Positions 34,417 through 44,174 of a stretch of 64,000 nt of DNA are shown one piece after another. The stretch's first letter is position 1. Each line of letters begins with the position of its first letter. Both the position numbers and the translations under genes were made by a program. The stretch is from assembly GCA_029268645.1 (NCBI GenBank), contig JAQWNI010000058.1, forward strand, positions 905-64,904, given 5' to 3'. The stretch comes from Myxococcota bacterium (GTDB lineage: Bacteria; Myxococcota_A; UBA9160; UBA4427). The notes beneath the pieces are model-generated. The model saw nothing but the letters and a program-made list of their open reading frames with translations, searched no databases and was not told the DNA's origin.

Positions 34417-36306
34417 TCAGAAAGGCTCTTTCCATCCCAACCGACGCCTAGCCTTCCTGATCTCGGTCGACTGGGGATCAAGTTGAAAAGCTTCCTCCAA
34501 ATAGAGACGAGCGGTCTCTTCATCACCCGCCTGGGCATAAGCCTCTGCCACTTCAACAAGAATTTCGACAGTCGGAGAAACAGTTGTCAGGCCCTTGGCG
34601 TAACCCGTCAGGGCGCCCTCGGTTTCGCCTAGATCCATCAGAGCACGGGCTCGATTGAAATGAGCTTCGGTGAACTCTTCATTGATCGCAAGCGCTCCAT
34701 CAAAGTATTCGACTGCGGCAGCGCTGTCCCCCTCCATGGCCAAAAGCGAACCTAAGTTTTGGTGCGCCAGAGCATTTTCAGGATAAAGCCGAATCGCCTC
34801 GCGGTAATGCGCCTTGGCTTCTTGGGCTCTATCCATGGCGTAGAGTTCGTTGCCCAAATTATATTCCGTCACAGACCGCATGTATTTCTTTTCAGACAAA
34901 GGCCAATTCGCAGCAATCGCCACCGCGAGCACAACCCCAAGAGCGAGCGCGATCGGTCGCATGCGCTGGCTTCGTAGATAGGCGGGAAACATCACTAGGC
35001 CCGACGCCGAAAAAATCAAAACGATCGGGGTCGTCGGCAGCCGGTAGCGACCAAAAACGTAAAACAACAGAAGCGAAGCGGTGTAAACCGCAAAAAGGCC
35101 ATAGAGCAACCAAAGCGACCTCCGCCGAGGCCACGTCACAATCAGCCCTAAAATCGCCAGAGGCGCTACGACGCCATAATGAACGAATGATTCGCTCAAC
35201 CGCATCATCGGAGAGCGAGCGGCAAAGGAGTACTGATCTTTCGTATCGACCCAATCCACTGCATTGATGACCAGCATCGACTTTCGAAACAAAAGCTGAA
35301 CCCAATCCAATGGCTGGGACTGAATATAGTTCAGCGCCTGATCGGTGAAAAAACCCGAAACTTCAGCCGGAGAAAGAGATCGCCCCAATGCGCGCTCGGC
35401 GATCAAAATGGCATCTTGCTGCTCGACCCTTGGATCTCCTCGATAAACGAGTAGCGGACGATAGGTTCCATCTGCGACAGGATTGTTGCCGATATAGAAG
35501 TTATGGCCGAACTGAGAAGTGGTGAGATGCATTTCACCGCTAATCGAGGCATTTCGCAGAGCGACGGGTGCCAATACCAACACCAAGCCTAACACCACGC
35601 CCGCGGAGAATTTGAAACGATCCGGGCCACGACCGGGCCATTCGATCCAGATCCAGGGAAAAATGACCGCGAGCCAGATCAGAACATTCTCTCGATTGAG
35701 GATGAAGAGGCCCAAGACCGCACCCAAGGCAAAAAACTTTCCGAAAGAAGGGATATCCCTCGAGACCGCCAGGAGCCACAGCAATAGGCAGACGAAAAAG
35801 AGATCCAGCACTGACTTCTGCAAGGTCAGGTCGGCAAAAATGGCCGAGCCATGCAGAGCAAGCATCCCTCCGGCGACAAGACCAACGGCTTTTGAAACCC
35901 ATCGCCAACCCGCTAAACCCAGTAGGCCGCAAGACAGCGATCCCAGTAAAATCTGGATTCCACGAACGAGCCGATCGTCCTGGCCGAAGGCCGCATAAGG
36001 CAGGCTCAAGAAGTAGTGGTACAGAGGCGCTTGGTAAAAGACCTCCTGACCCATCCAATCACCCGCCGAGACGGCCTTGGCGCGCGCGACGTAGTTCAGG
36101 GCATCCCCCATGACGATTTCCAAAAGGGGGGTGCCCAGCAAGGGCAGAATGGAAAGAATGCGGACGATCAAAGCCGCTGCAAAGAGTGCCCAAAACCAAC
36201 GGATTTTTGAGCGCTTCTCTTCTTCCATCGGCGCTTGACCCGGACTTGTCGGCGCGGGGAAGGAGTCCGGCTTTTGCGTGTGTTGGGGTGTCCTGCCTGC
36301 CCTCAA
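34417..36306 (-). CDS. GT-C glycosyltransferase family 39-like with C-terminal TPR repeats
   Basis: Polytopic N-terminal about 470 aa followed by clear TPR repeats (AHYREAIRLYPENALAHQNLGSLL..., FNRARALMDLGE...). TTG start with GAAGGAG 8 nt upstream. Confidence 0.75.
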   Translation of the reverse strand: MRAGRTPQHTQKPDSFPAPTSPGQAPMEEEKRSKIRWFWALFAAALIVRILSILPLLGTPLLEIVMGDALNYVARAKAVSAGDWMGQEVFYQAPLYHYFLSLPYAAFGQDDRLVRGIQILLGSLSCGLLGLAGWRWVSKAVGLVAGGMLALHGSAIFADLTLQKSVLDLFFVCLLLWLLAVSRDIPSFGKFFALGAVLGLFILNRENVLIWLAVIFPWIWIEWPGRGPDRFKFSAGVVLGLVLVLAPVALRNASISGEMHLTTSQFGHNFYIGNNPVADGTYRPLLVYRGDPRVEQQDAILIAERALGRSLSPAEVSGFFTDQALNYIQSQPLDWVQLLFRKSMLVINAVDWVDTKDQYSFAARSPMMRLSESFVHYGVVAPLAILGLIVTWPRRRSLWLLYGLFAVYTASLLLFYVFGRYRLPTTPIVLIFSASGLVMFPAYLRSQRMRPIALALGVVLAVAIAANWPLSEKKYMRSVTEYNLGNELYAMDRAQEAKAHYREAIRLYPENALAHQNLGSLLAMEGDSAAAVEYFDGALAINEEFTEAHFNRARALMDLGETEGALTGYAKGLTTVSPTVEILVEVAEAYAQAGDEETARLYLEEAFQLDPQSTEIRKARRRLGWKEPF

Positions 36307-36431
36307 ACAGCCGACTCCTTCACCTCACCCGCTCACTCCGCGCCTTCCATAGGCGATGCGGCCTGAGGACCGGTGTCAAATCTATCACTTCTGAGGATCC
36401 AAGGCGCGGCGCCCCAAAACCGCTTTTCAAC

Positions 36432-37445
36432 TCAGGCGTCTCCTGCGCGAAGCCGACCAATAAGCTCGCGGTTCTGCTCATCGCTGAGACCGGGAATAAA
36501 CAACCCTGTTCGATTAATGAGGCCACCAAACCGACGCGTCATCTTTTTGACCACTTCCTCCGGCGGACCAACGATGGCAAAAGTGTCTAGCATCTCGTCG
36601 GTGATCAACCGACTCATCTCTTCAGTGGCGTGAGCCCTGTTCAATGAAATCAGTTCATCCTGCAAATCCCCCCAACCGTGAATCTCTAAAACCGGCCGGT
36701 AGGCAACGGTACAACCATAGAAGGCAATACGTCCACGAATGGACTCGACGGCTTGCTCCAATGCCTCCTCACTCGACCCTGAGGCCACCAAGGGGGCATA
36801 GTCGAGTTCGAAATCGTTAAGGGAGCGACCGCGGTCCTCAAGACCTGCCTCGATGGCTGGGATCGTCACCTCGCGCATATATTTTTCCGTCGAGAAGGGG
36901 TGCATGATCATGCCATCAGCCACACGAGCAGCCACTTTCGTCATCAGAGGCCCGGTCGCCGAGAGGACAATTCGGGGACGAGGCCCATCGGCATCATCGG
37001 GACGGAAAGTATCCGGCATCAAAGTGTGCTGATAGTACTCGCCTACATAGTGCAAACGCTCACCGTCATACCAGCAGTCATAGATGGCTTGCATCGCCTC
37101 GATAAATTCACGCATCTGCCGGGCAGCTTTATGCCACGGCATGCTGAACCGCCGCTCGATATGGGGTCGCACTTGCGAACCGAGGCCCAAGACAAATCGG
37201 CCATCGGAAAATCGGTTGAGATCGTGGGCCAATATGGCCATGGACATCGGATTCCGAGAGAAAGCGACGGCCACGGAGGTCACGAGCTCGATCGTCTGGG
37301 TTTGGGCGGCCGCCAGAGCAAGGCTTAAGAAGGGATCATGATTCAGCTCAGCCAGCCGCAGGCCATCGTAACCCAGAGACTCGAGCCGAGCGGCCTCTTG
37401 ACCGATCTGCTTCATTCCCGAAGCCACCATTCCATCCACTTTCAT
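36432..37445 (-). CDS. LLM-class (luciferase-like) flavin/F420-dependent oxidoreductase
   Basis: GYDGLRLAELNHDPFLSLALAAAQTQTIELVTSVAVAFSRNP, together with the length and the GLGSQ motif, fits the luciferase-like monooxygenase fold family. Confidence 0.8.
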   Translation of the reverse strand: MKVDGMVASGMKQIGQEAARLESLGYDGLRLAELNHDPFLSLALAAAQTQTIELVTSVAVAFSRNPMSMAILAHDLNRFSDGRFVLGLGSQVRPHIERRFSMPWHKAARQMREFIEAMQAIYDCWYDGERLHYVGEYYQHTLMPDTFRPDDADGPRPRIVLSATGPLMTKVAARVADGMIMHPFSTEKYMREVTIPAIEAGLEDRGRSLNDFELDYAPLVASGSSEEALEQAVESIRGRIAFYGCTVAYRPVLEIHGWGDLQDELISLNRAHATEEMSRLITDEMLDTFAIVGPPEEVVKKMTRRFGGLINRTGLFIPGLSDEQNRELIGRLRAGDA

Positions 37446-37668
37446 CGACGACCTCCTTTAGGACGCCGAGTCTATCCAATCACGAGGTGATGGCGGACCC
37501 CGAGAGCCCACTCACCTCAGGGGAGGTCGCGCACCCAGACACCCACTGCTCATCGGGCCAAGCGCTGCTGGCGGCGCATTGAGGGCGCTCTCCGAGGCGT
37601 ATTTTCTACGACTGGCCCAGACCCTCTCGACCAAGGTAGTCTGGAGGGCCATCGCAACGGAGGCTCAT

Positions 37669-38979
37669 ATGCATCTGACGGGCAAAGGCTGCCGAGTTCA
37701 TGGAAACGTGGCGCCCGGCTTCGAATCAGTCAAAGCGCTTTACGAAAAACGAGTCATCACGATGGCCGAAGAGAACACCCAACTCTGCGTCTATCATCAG
37801 GGCGAAAAAGTCGTCGACCTCTGGTGCGCCGCGACCGACGACGGCTCTTTCTCCGCCGATTCTTTGGTCAATATTTTCAGCAGCGGCAAAAGCCTCGAGT
37901 CGATTGCAGTGGCCATGTTGGTCGATCGCGGTTGCCTGGATTACGACACCCCCATCGCCCAGTATTGGCCCGAATTCGCTCAGCAGAAAAAAGAGGGAGT
38001 CACGCTCGCGGATCTCATGCGACATGAAAGTGGACTGGCCTCTTTCGATACTTCTCTTGACCCCGATGACCTGAATCCCAATGCCCTCAGGGACAACCGC
38101 GTGGGTCGAGTGATTGAAAGCCAAAAACAGAAATTTCCGAAAGGCCAAGTCGGGCCGCGCGAATATCATGCGGTCACTCGAGGCTGGATCGTGAATGAAG
38201 TTTTTCGACGCGCCGAGCCTCAAGGCAGAACTGTCGGCGAATTTTTACGGCAGGAGGTCTGCGGCCCCCTCGAAGCGGATGTCTTCATTGGTGTTCCCGA
38301 AAGCGAGCTCGAAAGAATTCGCCCGGTCAAGCTCCTCGGTTGGGCTTTTGTGTTCCTCCAAAGCCTCAAGCCCAAAGCTTTAGGCCGGCGCATCCATCAC
38401 AGCTTCTTTGCGCTGTTTCGGCGCTTTTTGAAGGTGATTCCAACATATCGGAATTCGACGGCGCGCAACGCACCGCCTCCCTATATCGGAATGAAAGACG
38501 TGGACTTCTTTAACCAGCGAAAAGTGGCCATGGGAGAAACCCCATCGGCGGCCGCCAACGGGACAGCCCGTGGACTGGCTAAATTGGGGGCGGTCATGTC
38601 GGCAAAAGGCAAATGGACCGACCGGGAATATCTCAGCGACCGAGCTTGGCGCGCCTTACACAGCAACCCCATTCAGTCTGAGATGGGCTTTAGTCAAACC
38701 AATTTCACTCAGGGGGGAATCAACCTCTTTACACCGCCTTCGTCAGGCTGGACGCAACTCGATGAAGACCTGAACTCCGGCCGCGAAGGTTTTTACGGCT
38801 GGATGGGACTTGGCGGGTCGATCTTTCAGTGGGATCCGGAACATGAAATCGGCTTCAGCTTTGTGCCCACAGCGCTTCACCTGCTCGACTTGTTCAACGA
38901 GCGGGGAAAGGTCTACCAGACTGAAGTCATCCGCTGCGTGGAAAAGAAGGCAAGCCAAGGTAATTTTTCCAAGACCTAG
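37669..38979 (+). CDS. serine hydrolase, beta-lactamase/esterase (class C-like) family
   Basis: SxxK motif in IFSSGKSLESIAVAML and N-terminal VAPGFESV. Start is placed at ATG 37669. Confidence 0.8.
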   Translation: MHLTGKGCRVHGNVAPGFESVKALYEKRVITMAEENTQLCVYHQGEKVVDLWCAATDDGSFSADSLVNIFSSGKSLESIAVAMLVDRGCLDYDTPIAQYWPEFAQQKKEGVTLADLMRHESGLASFDTSLDPDDLNPNALRDNRVGRVIESQKQKFPKGQVGPREYHAVTRGWIVNEVFRRAEPQGRTVGEFLRQEVCGPLEADVFIGVPESELERIRPVKLLGWAFVFLQSLKPKALGRRIHHSFFALFRRFLKVIPTYRNSTARNAPPPYIGMKDVDFFNQRKVAMGETPSAAANGTARGLAKLGAVMSAKGKWTDREYLSDRAWRALHSNPIQSEMGFSQTNFTQGGINLFTPPSSGWTQLDEDLNSGREGFYGWMGLGGSIFQWDPEHEIGFSFVPTALHLLDLFNERGKVYQTEVIRCVEKKASQGNFSKT

Positions 38980-39001
38980 ATCAGAAAGAAGGCTGAACCC
39001 C

Positions 39002-40021
39002 ATGATGGATCTCGAACCCCTCGAAACACAATGCGAGTGGACAGCCGACGCACTCACGGATGAATCAATCTGGACGGAAGTCCTCAGAGAGGCCGAGCTT
39101 GAGGAAGCGGACACGGCCCTCCGGCACGCAATGGCGACATCCAAAGACATCCTCGATATCGACAAAGAGGACTTCCCGCTCCAAAAACTCGGCTCTCGAT
39201 TGGCCCGAATTGAAGATGAGCTGATCAACGGGCGAGGATTTGTCCGGATCCGCGGCATCGAGCGCAACCGCTACGACCAGTCAGAGATGGAAATGCTCTA
39301 CTGGGGTATCGGAATGCATCTTGGCAAGCCATGGGCCCAAAATAAGCATGGCCACATGCTCGGAGACGTCACCGACCAAGGTCGCGCCACCGACGATCCC
39401 GAGGCGCGCGGCAACGAGCTCGGTGGGATCGCCCTTCCCTTCCACACCGACGGCTCTGACCTCGTTGGCTTACTCTGCCTCCAAAACGGTACCCAAGGTG
39501 GGCTCTCTAGGGTGGCAAACTCGGTCACGATTCATAATCAACTCGTGCGAGAAAGTCCGGAACTGGCCGCCGAGTTTTACAAGCCCCAGCCCTTTGATTT
39601 TCGAGGCGAACAGCCCCAGGGTGGTGTGGGCTGGTATACAGTGCCGATTTTTACCCAATGCGCAGGTCGGCTCTTTGTGCGCTGCATCCCACCCTATACT
39701 CTTGCCTCACAGCGACATGCGGATGCACCGCGCCTGACCGATCAAGCAAAAAAGGCCCTGGCCCGCGTTGTCGAGTTGGCTGACGACCCCATGCACCACA
39801 TCTCGATGGCGCTCCTTCCGGGAGATATGCAGTTCATTAACAATTACCACGTCATGCACGGGCGAAGCGCGTACCAAGACGACCGCCTAAACCGCTCGGT
39901 TCGCCATCTCAAGAGACTTTGGCTCGAAACCCGAGCCCTCAAGCAACGGCCTGAGTACTTTCAAAATAGTCATTCGGATTGGACACGAAAGCGCTCCGCC
40001 AGTCGAATGACTGTCAACTGA
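39002..40021 (+). CDS. TauD/TfdA-family Fe(II)/2OG dioxygenase
   Basis: PFHTDGSD (HxD) and NNYHVMHGRSAY (distal His, Arg). Start at ATG 39002, 22 nt after the preceding stop. Confidence 0.75.
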   Translation: MMDLEPLETQCEWTADALTDESIWTEVLREAELEEADTALRHAMATSKDILDIDKEDFPLQKLGSRLARIEDELINGRGFVRIRGIERNRYDQSEMEMLYWGIGMHLGKPWAQNKHGHMLGDVTDQGRATDDPEARGNELGGIALPFHTDGSDLVGLLCLQNGTQGGLSRVANSVTIHNQLVRESPELAAEFYKPQPFDFRGEQPQGGVGWYTVPIFTQCAGRLFVRCIPPYTLASQRHADAPRLTDQAKKALARVVELADDPMHHISMALLPGDMQFINNYHVMHGRSAYQDDRLNRSVRHLKRLWLETRALKQRPEYFQNSHSDWTRKRSASRMTVN

Positions 40022-40072
40022 ACCCACAAAGCCGCAGCGAAGACTCTCGGCCCGCAGAGGGGAACTCTCTCC

Positions 40073-40969
40073 ATGTCGTACCAGCACAACATGCAGCCCG
40101 GTCCGCGTCCGTATCTCGAGCAACGCAACCTCGAACTCGGCGCCTTGGAGTGGAAGCACTTCCAAGCCCAACGCCTGAGTCCCTGCTTGGGCGCCGAGCT
40201 CAGCGGCCTCGACCTTCGACAGCCGCTCGCTGCCGATACTCTTTCAGAGATCCGGAGCGCACTTCTCAAATATCGTGTGCTTTTTTTTCGCGATCAGGAC
40301 CTCAGCGCAGAGCAACATCTGGCCTTTGCGAGTGCCTTTGGCGAACTCGAAGAGCACCCTTTCATTCCTTCAGACGCACCTGACTCTGAGGTCATTCGCT
40401 TCGACAAGGATGAAAAGGTGCCAGGCTACGAAAACGTCTGGCACAGCGACGTCAGCTGGCGAGAAATTCCATCCTTCGGGTCAATTCTTCGCGCCCACAT
40501 CGTTCCGGAAATCGGCGGTGACACTCTTTTTGCCGACATGGTCGCTGCCTACGAATGCTTGAGTGACGAGATCAAGGCGTCCATCGAAGGGCGAACGGCG
40601 GTGAATGACTTCACCCAAAGCTTCGGGCGCCTCCTCGGCCCCGAAGACCTTGCTCGCCAACAAGCTCAATACCCCGCCGTCGAGCATCCCCTGGTCCGCA
40701 CCCACACGGAAACCGGCGAAAAATCACTCTATGCAAATGCCGCCTTCACCAGCCATATTGTCGGCATGAGTCAAGAAGAGAGCGACCTTATCCTCGCCCA
40801 GATCTTTCGTGAGTCGACCGTGCCTGAATTTCAGTGCCGGTTTAAGTGGGAAAAAAACAGCATCGCGTTCTGGGACAATCGGGCGGTTCAGCACTATGCG
40901 GCCAACGATTACTGGCCGCAAAGACGGCAGATGGACCGCGTGACGATCATTGGCGAAAGGCCGGTCTAG
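40073..40969 (+). CDS. TauD/TfdA-family Fe(II)/2OG dioxygenase (taurine dioxygenase-like)
   Basis: WHSDVSWREIPSFGSILRA and FWDNRAVQHYA are canonical TauD motifs. Confidence 0.85.
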   Translation: MSYQHNMQPGPRPYLEQRNLELGALEWKHFQAQRLSPCLGAELSGLDLRQPLAADTLSEIRSALLKYRVLFFRDQDLSAEQHLAFASAFGELEEHPFIPSDAPDSEVIRFDKDEKVPGYENVWHSDVSWREIPSFGSILRAHIVPEIGGDTLFADMVAAYECLSDEIKASIEGRTAVNDFTQSFGRLLGPEDLARQQAQYPAVEHPLVRTHTETGEKSLYANAAFTSHIVGMSQEESDLILAQIFRESTVPEFQCRFKWEKNSIAFWDNRAVQHYAANDYWPQRRQMDRVTIIGERPV

Positions 40970-41032
40970 GCCTGAAACACACGCCCGCCCCGGACCCACC
41001 CACTCGTCGAATCGCAATCAGGCCCAGCCGTC

Positions 41033-42163
41033 TCAAGGCTCGATCAAGTATTTCTCACCCGTTGCCCGCCGGGCATAAACCCGAACGTTTTCGGCCTCAA
41101 GCGCCTCAGGGAGCGAGAGAGTTCCCGCATACTGACTCGCGAAAGTCGTCTTGATTTCGCGGGCCACCCGCTGTTGCAGCGCCCGCATCCGCTCCATTCC
41201 AATTTTTTGCAGAAATGGGGTCAGAAGCCAGCCACCGATGCTCCAAGAAAAACCATAGGCGGCGGTCAAAACAACCGGCGACAGATCGAGCCGGCCGTAG
41301 ATATAGAGCTGCTTGAAAACGTCTGACCCGTATCGGTTATAAGCCTGTCCAGCCGCGGCGGCTTGCTCCATGGCGCCCAGAATCGAATTCGCCAATTCGC
41401 CTCCTCCGGTGGCGTCAAAGGCCAGCGTCGCCTCGGTGGCCTTGATGGCGTCCACCAAATCGCGGCGAAAATTGGGGGAGGATGAATTGATCACATACTC
41501 CGCCCCGAGACCTCGCAGAATTTCTTCCTGTTCCGATTTTCGAACAATGTTGACCAGAGGAATTCCATCTGCCTGACAGAGCCTCACCAGCATCTGGCCG
41601 AGATTGGAAGCCGCCGCCGTATGAACCAACGCCTTGTGGTTCTCCATCTTCATGGTTTCCACCATGCCCAGCGCAGTCAGCGGGTTGACGAAACTCGAGG
41701 CCGCCTCCTGGGCCGTCGTGCCCTCCTCCATCGGCATCGCCATGAAGGCATTCACCACGCGGTGCTGGGCAAACATCTCGCCCCCCACAACCGCCACAGT
41801 TCGGCCGAGAAGTGCCTGGGCCGCCTCAGAGGAGCCTGCGGCCACCACTGTGCCGGCGGCTTCGTTGCCCACCGCAGCGCTTTCACCCTCTCGGGCTTTC
41901 ACGATGCCCCGCATTCCTTCAGGGATCGGAGCTCGCCAAACCGTGTCTGGGCCTGATCCTTCTGTCTTGCCCTGTTCGACTTCCGCCGGGCCCACCAACA
42001 AGGCCAAGTCGGAGGGGTTGATCGGAGCCGCCTCGATTCGCACCAGCACTTCGCCTTCACCGGGCTCAGGGACAGGCACCGAATGCAAGCTGATTTCGAG
42101 CTCGCCCTCCGGAGTCACGAGGGAGCGAAGCTGCAGGGAATCGGTGGCAACAGACATGGTCAA
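41033..42163 (-). CDS. medium-chain dehydrogenase/reductase (zinc-type ADH / quinone oxidoreductase-like)
   Basis: GEVLVRIEAAPINPSDL and the Rossmann region (ALVHTAAASNLGQML) fit the MDR/enoyl-reductase-like family. Confidence 0.75.
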   Translation of the reverse strand: MTMSVATDSLQLRSLVTPEGELEISLHSVPVPEPGEGEVLVRIEAAPINPSDLALLVGPAEVEQGKTEGSGPDTVWRAPIPEGMRGIVKAREGESAAVGNEAAGTVVAAGSSEAAQALLGRTVAVVGGEMFAQHRVVNAFMAMPMEEGTTAQEAASSFVNPLTALGMVETMKMENHKALVHTAAASNLGQMLVRLCQADGIPLVNIVRKSEQEEILRGLGAEYVINSSSPNFRRDLVDAIKATEATLAFDATGGGELANSILGAMEQAAAAGQAYNRYGSDVFKQLYIYGRLDLSPVVLTAAYGFSWSIGGWLLTPFLQKIGMERMRALQQRVAREIKTTFASQYAGTLSLPEALEAENVRVYARRATGEKYLIEP

Positions 42164-42359
42164 AAAAACCTCGGGTTAAGGGCGATCGAGCACCGGGCCC
42201 TTCGAATAAATTCCGGTGGGCCCGAAGACGATCAGCCATTCGGGGGGCGGATCATCCTCTGAAAAGAGGGATACGTCCACCCCCCCTTCGATCCCGAACG
42301 CCTTGGCGGGAACTCGATTCAAGCGCGCAGGGCCCCGTCAAGACGGCGCCCGCAGGTCT

Positions 42360-43997
42360 TCATACGCCGAAGCGATGGACAATCGGCAACCGGCGGCCAC
42401 TCCCAAACGCCTTCGTCGTCGTCCGAAGTACCAATGGGCCTTGCCGTCGCTTGTACTCATTTCGGTCCAAGCGAAGCGCGATTTGCTTGCAGAGTTCCGC
42501 ATCGGCGCCCGGAGGCGGTTCGATGCTCAGAGGATTGCAGTCGCCCTCAATCACCTGCTCGAGCACCGCATCCAGGATTTCGTAGGGCGGCAGATCATCC
42601 TGATCCGTCTGGTCCGGAGCCAACTCGGCGGACGGTGGCTTATCGATCGAAGAGAGGGGAATGCGTTCTGCGTCGTGATTGGCATGCCGTGCCAACGCGT
42701 AGACATCTCCCTTGTAGACATCCCCCAGCACAGCGAGGCCGCCGATCATATCGCCGTAGAGCGTGCAGTAGCCGAGCGATAGCTCGCTCTTGTTGCCCGT
42801 CGCCAGAACCAGTCGGCCTTCAGCATTCGAGACCGCCATCAATGTCGAGCCCCGCAAGCGCGACTGAATGTTCTGGTCGGCTAAACCGTAGTCTTCCTGC
42901 TCACCAAACAAGCCTGCAAAGACCTTTCGGAATTCGCGATAGAGAGGCTGAATGTCCACGGTCCGAGTCTCGATCCCCAGGTTCTCAGCCAAGGCTAGGG
43001 CGTCGTCCACGCTGTGAGCCGAGGAATACGGTCCCGGCATCAAAATGCCCAGAACCCCCTCGGCGCCCAGGGCTTCGACCGCAAGGTGGGCCGTGACGGC
43101 TGAATCGATCCCTCCGGAGAGGCCCACCACGGCGCGTCGGGGCAATCCCTGTTTCTCAAAGTAATCGCGAATCCCCAGCACTAAGCCGTGCTCGAGTTCC
43201 CCGGCGCGCGTGAGCCGACTCGCGGATTTTTTTTCAGAAGAGTCTAAATCAACGACCAGCAAGCCCGTCTCAAATTGGGGCAGTGAACCAATTTCGTTTC
43301 CCTCTGCGTCGACCACGAAAGAGCCACCATCAAAAATTAGTTCGTCGTTGCCCCCCACTTGATTGGCAAAGACGATGGGGACGCCATGCTCACGGGCCAG
43401 CCGGCTAAAAAGATCGCGCCGCTGTTCGCCCTTGCCCACGTGCCACGGCGAGGCCGACAAATTAAGAACGGTCTTGGCGTTGGCCCGAACCAGATCACCC
43501 ACTGGGTCGAGGGGATAATCGAGCTCGCGCCACCACGCATCTTCGCAAACCGCCAATCCGATGGGACCGATCCCTGGCCGGTCGAGCACAGTGGCCTGTC
43601 TCGAATCCGCAGGTACGAAGTAACGGCGCTCGTCGAAGACGTCATAGGCCGGCAGCAACGTCTTGGCCTGACGCCCCACGATTCGTCCACCGTCGAGCAA
43701 CACCGCTGAGTTGCTGAGCTGCTGCGGTCCATGCCCCTCAACGGGCAACGGCACGCCGAGGACAATTGGAATTCGATGCGAATGCTCGAGAAGTGCTTCC
43801 AGCTCGCGGAGCGTGCTTTCCACAAATCCATCTCGGGCGAGGAGATCCATCGGGGGGTAGCCGGTGAGGACGAGCTCAGGGCAAACGAGGAGATCCGCTC
43901 CCCGGTCAATCGACTCGTGAAGGGCGTCCTCGATGAGCTTTCGGTTGCCGGTCAGGTCGCCGACTGTTGGATTGAGCTGCGCCACCGCGATCTTCAT
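42360..43997 (-). CDS. nadE: glutamine-dependent NAD+ synthetase
   Basis: N-terminal nitrilase/CN-hydrolase domain (MKIAVAQLNP..., CED) plus a C-terminal NAD synthetase domain with the P-loop GLSGGIDSAV. Start is placed at ATG 43997. Confidence 0.9.
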   Translation of the reverse strand: MKIAVAQLNPTVGDLTGNRKLIEDALHESIDRGADLLVCPELVLTGYPPMDLLARDGFVESTLRELEALLEHSHRIPIVLGVPLPVEGHGPQQLSNSAVLLDGGRIVGRQAKTLLPAYDVFDERRYFVPADSRQATVLDRPGIGPIGLAVCEDAWWRELDYPLDPVGDLVRANAKTVLNLSASPWHVGKGEQRRDLFSRLAREHGVPIVFANQVGGNDELIFDGGSFVVDAEGNEIGSLPQFETGLLVVDLDSSEKKSASRLTRAGELEHGLVLGIRDYFEKQGLPRRAVVGLSGGIDSAVTAHLAVEALGAEGVLGILMPGPYSSAHSVDDALALAENLGIETRTVDIQPLYREFRKVFAGLFGEQEDYGLADQNIQSRLRGSTLMAVSNAEGRLVLATGNKSELSLGYCTLYGDMIGGLAVLGDVYKGDVYALARHANHDAERIPLSSIDKPPSAELAPDQTDQDDLPPYEILDAVLEQVIEGDCNPLSIEPPPGADAELCKQIALRLDRNEYKRRQGPLVLRTTTKAFGSGRRLPIVHRFGV

Positions 43998-44174
43998 TGG
44001 CAGAGAATGCCAGCCCATCCTTCAGGCCGTCAAGTCACCGGACGAGAATGACACAAATCCCTCTTGGGGCATCCAGAATCGGCCCTTTCTCCATGGCTCC
44101 GCCAGCCACGCCGAGCCGATGAGGCCACTTGGGTATGCTCTCGGGCGGATAGCCAAAGCCAGTGAAGGGAATAC

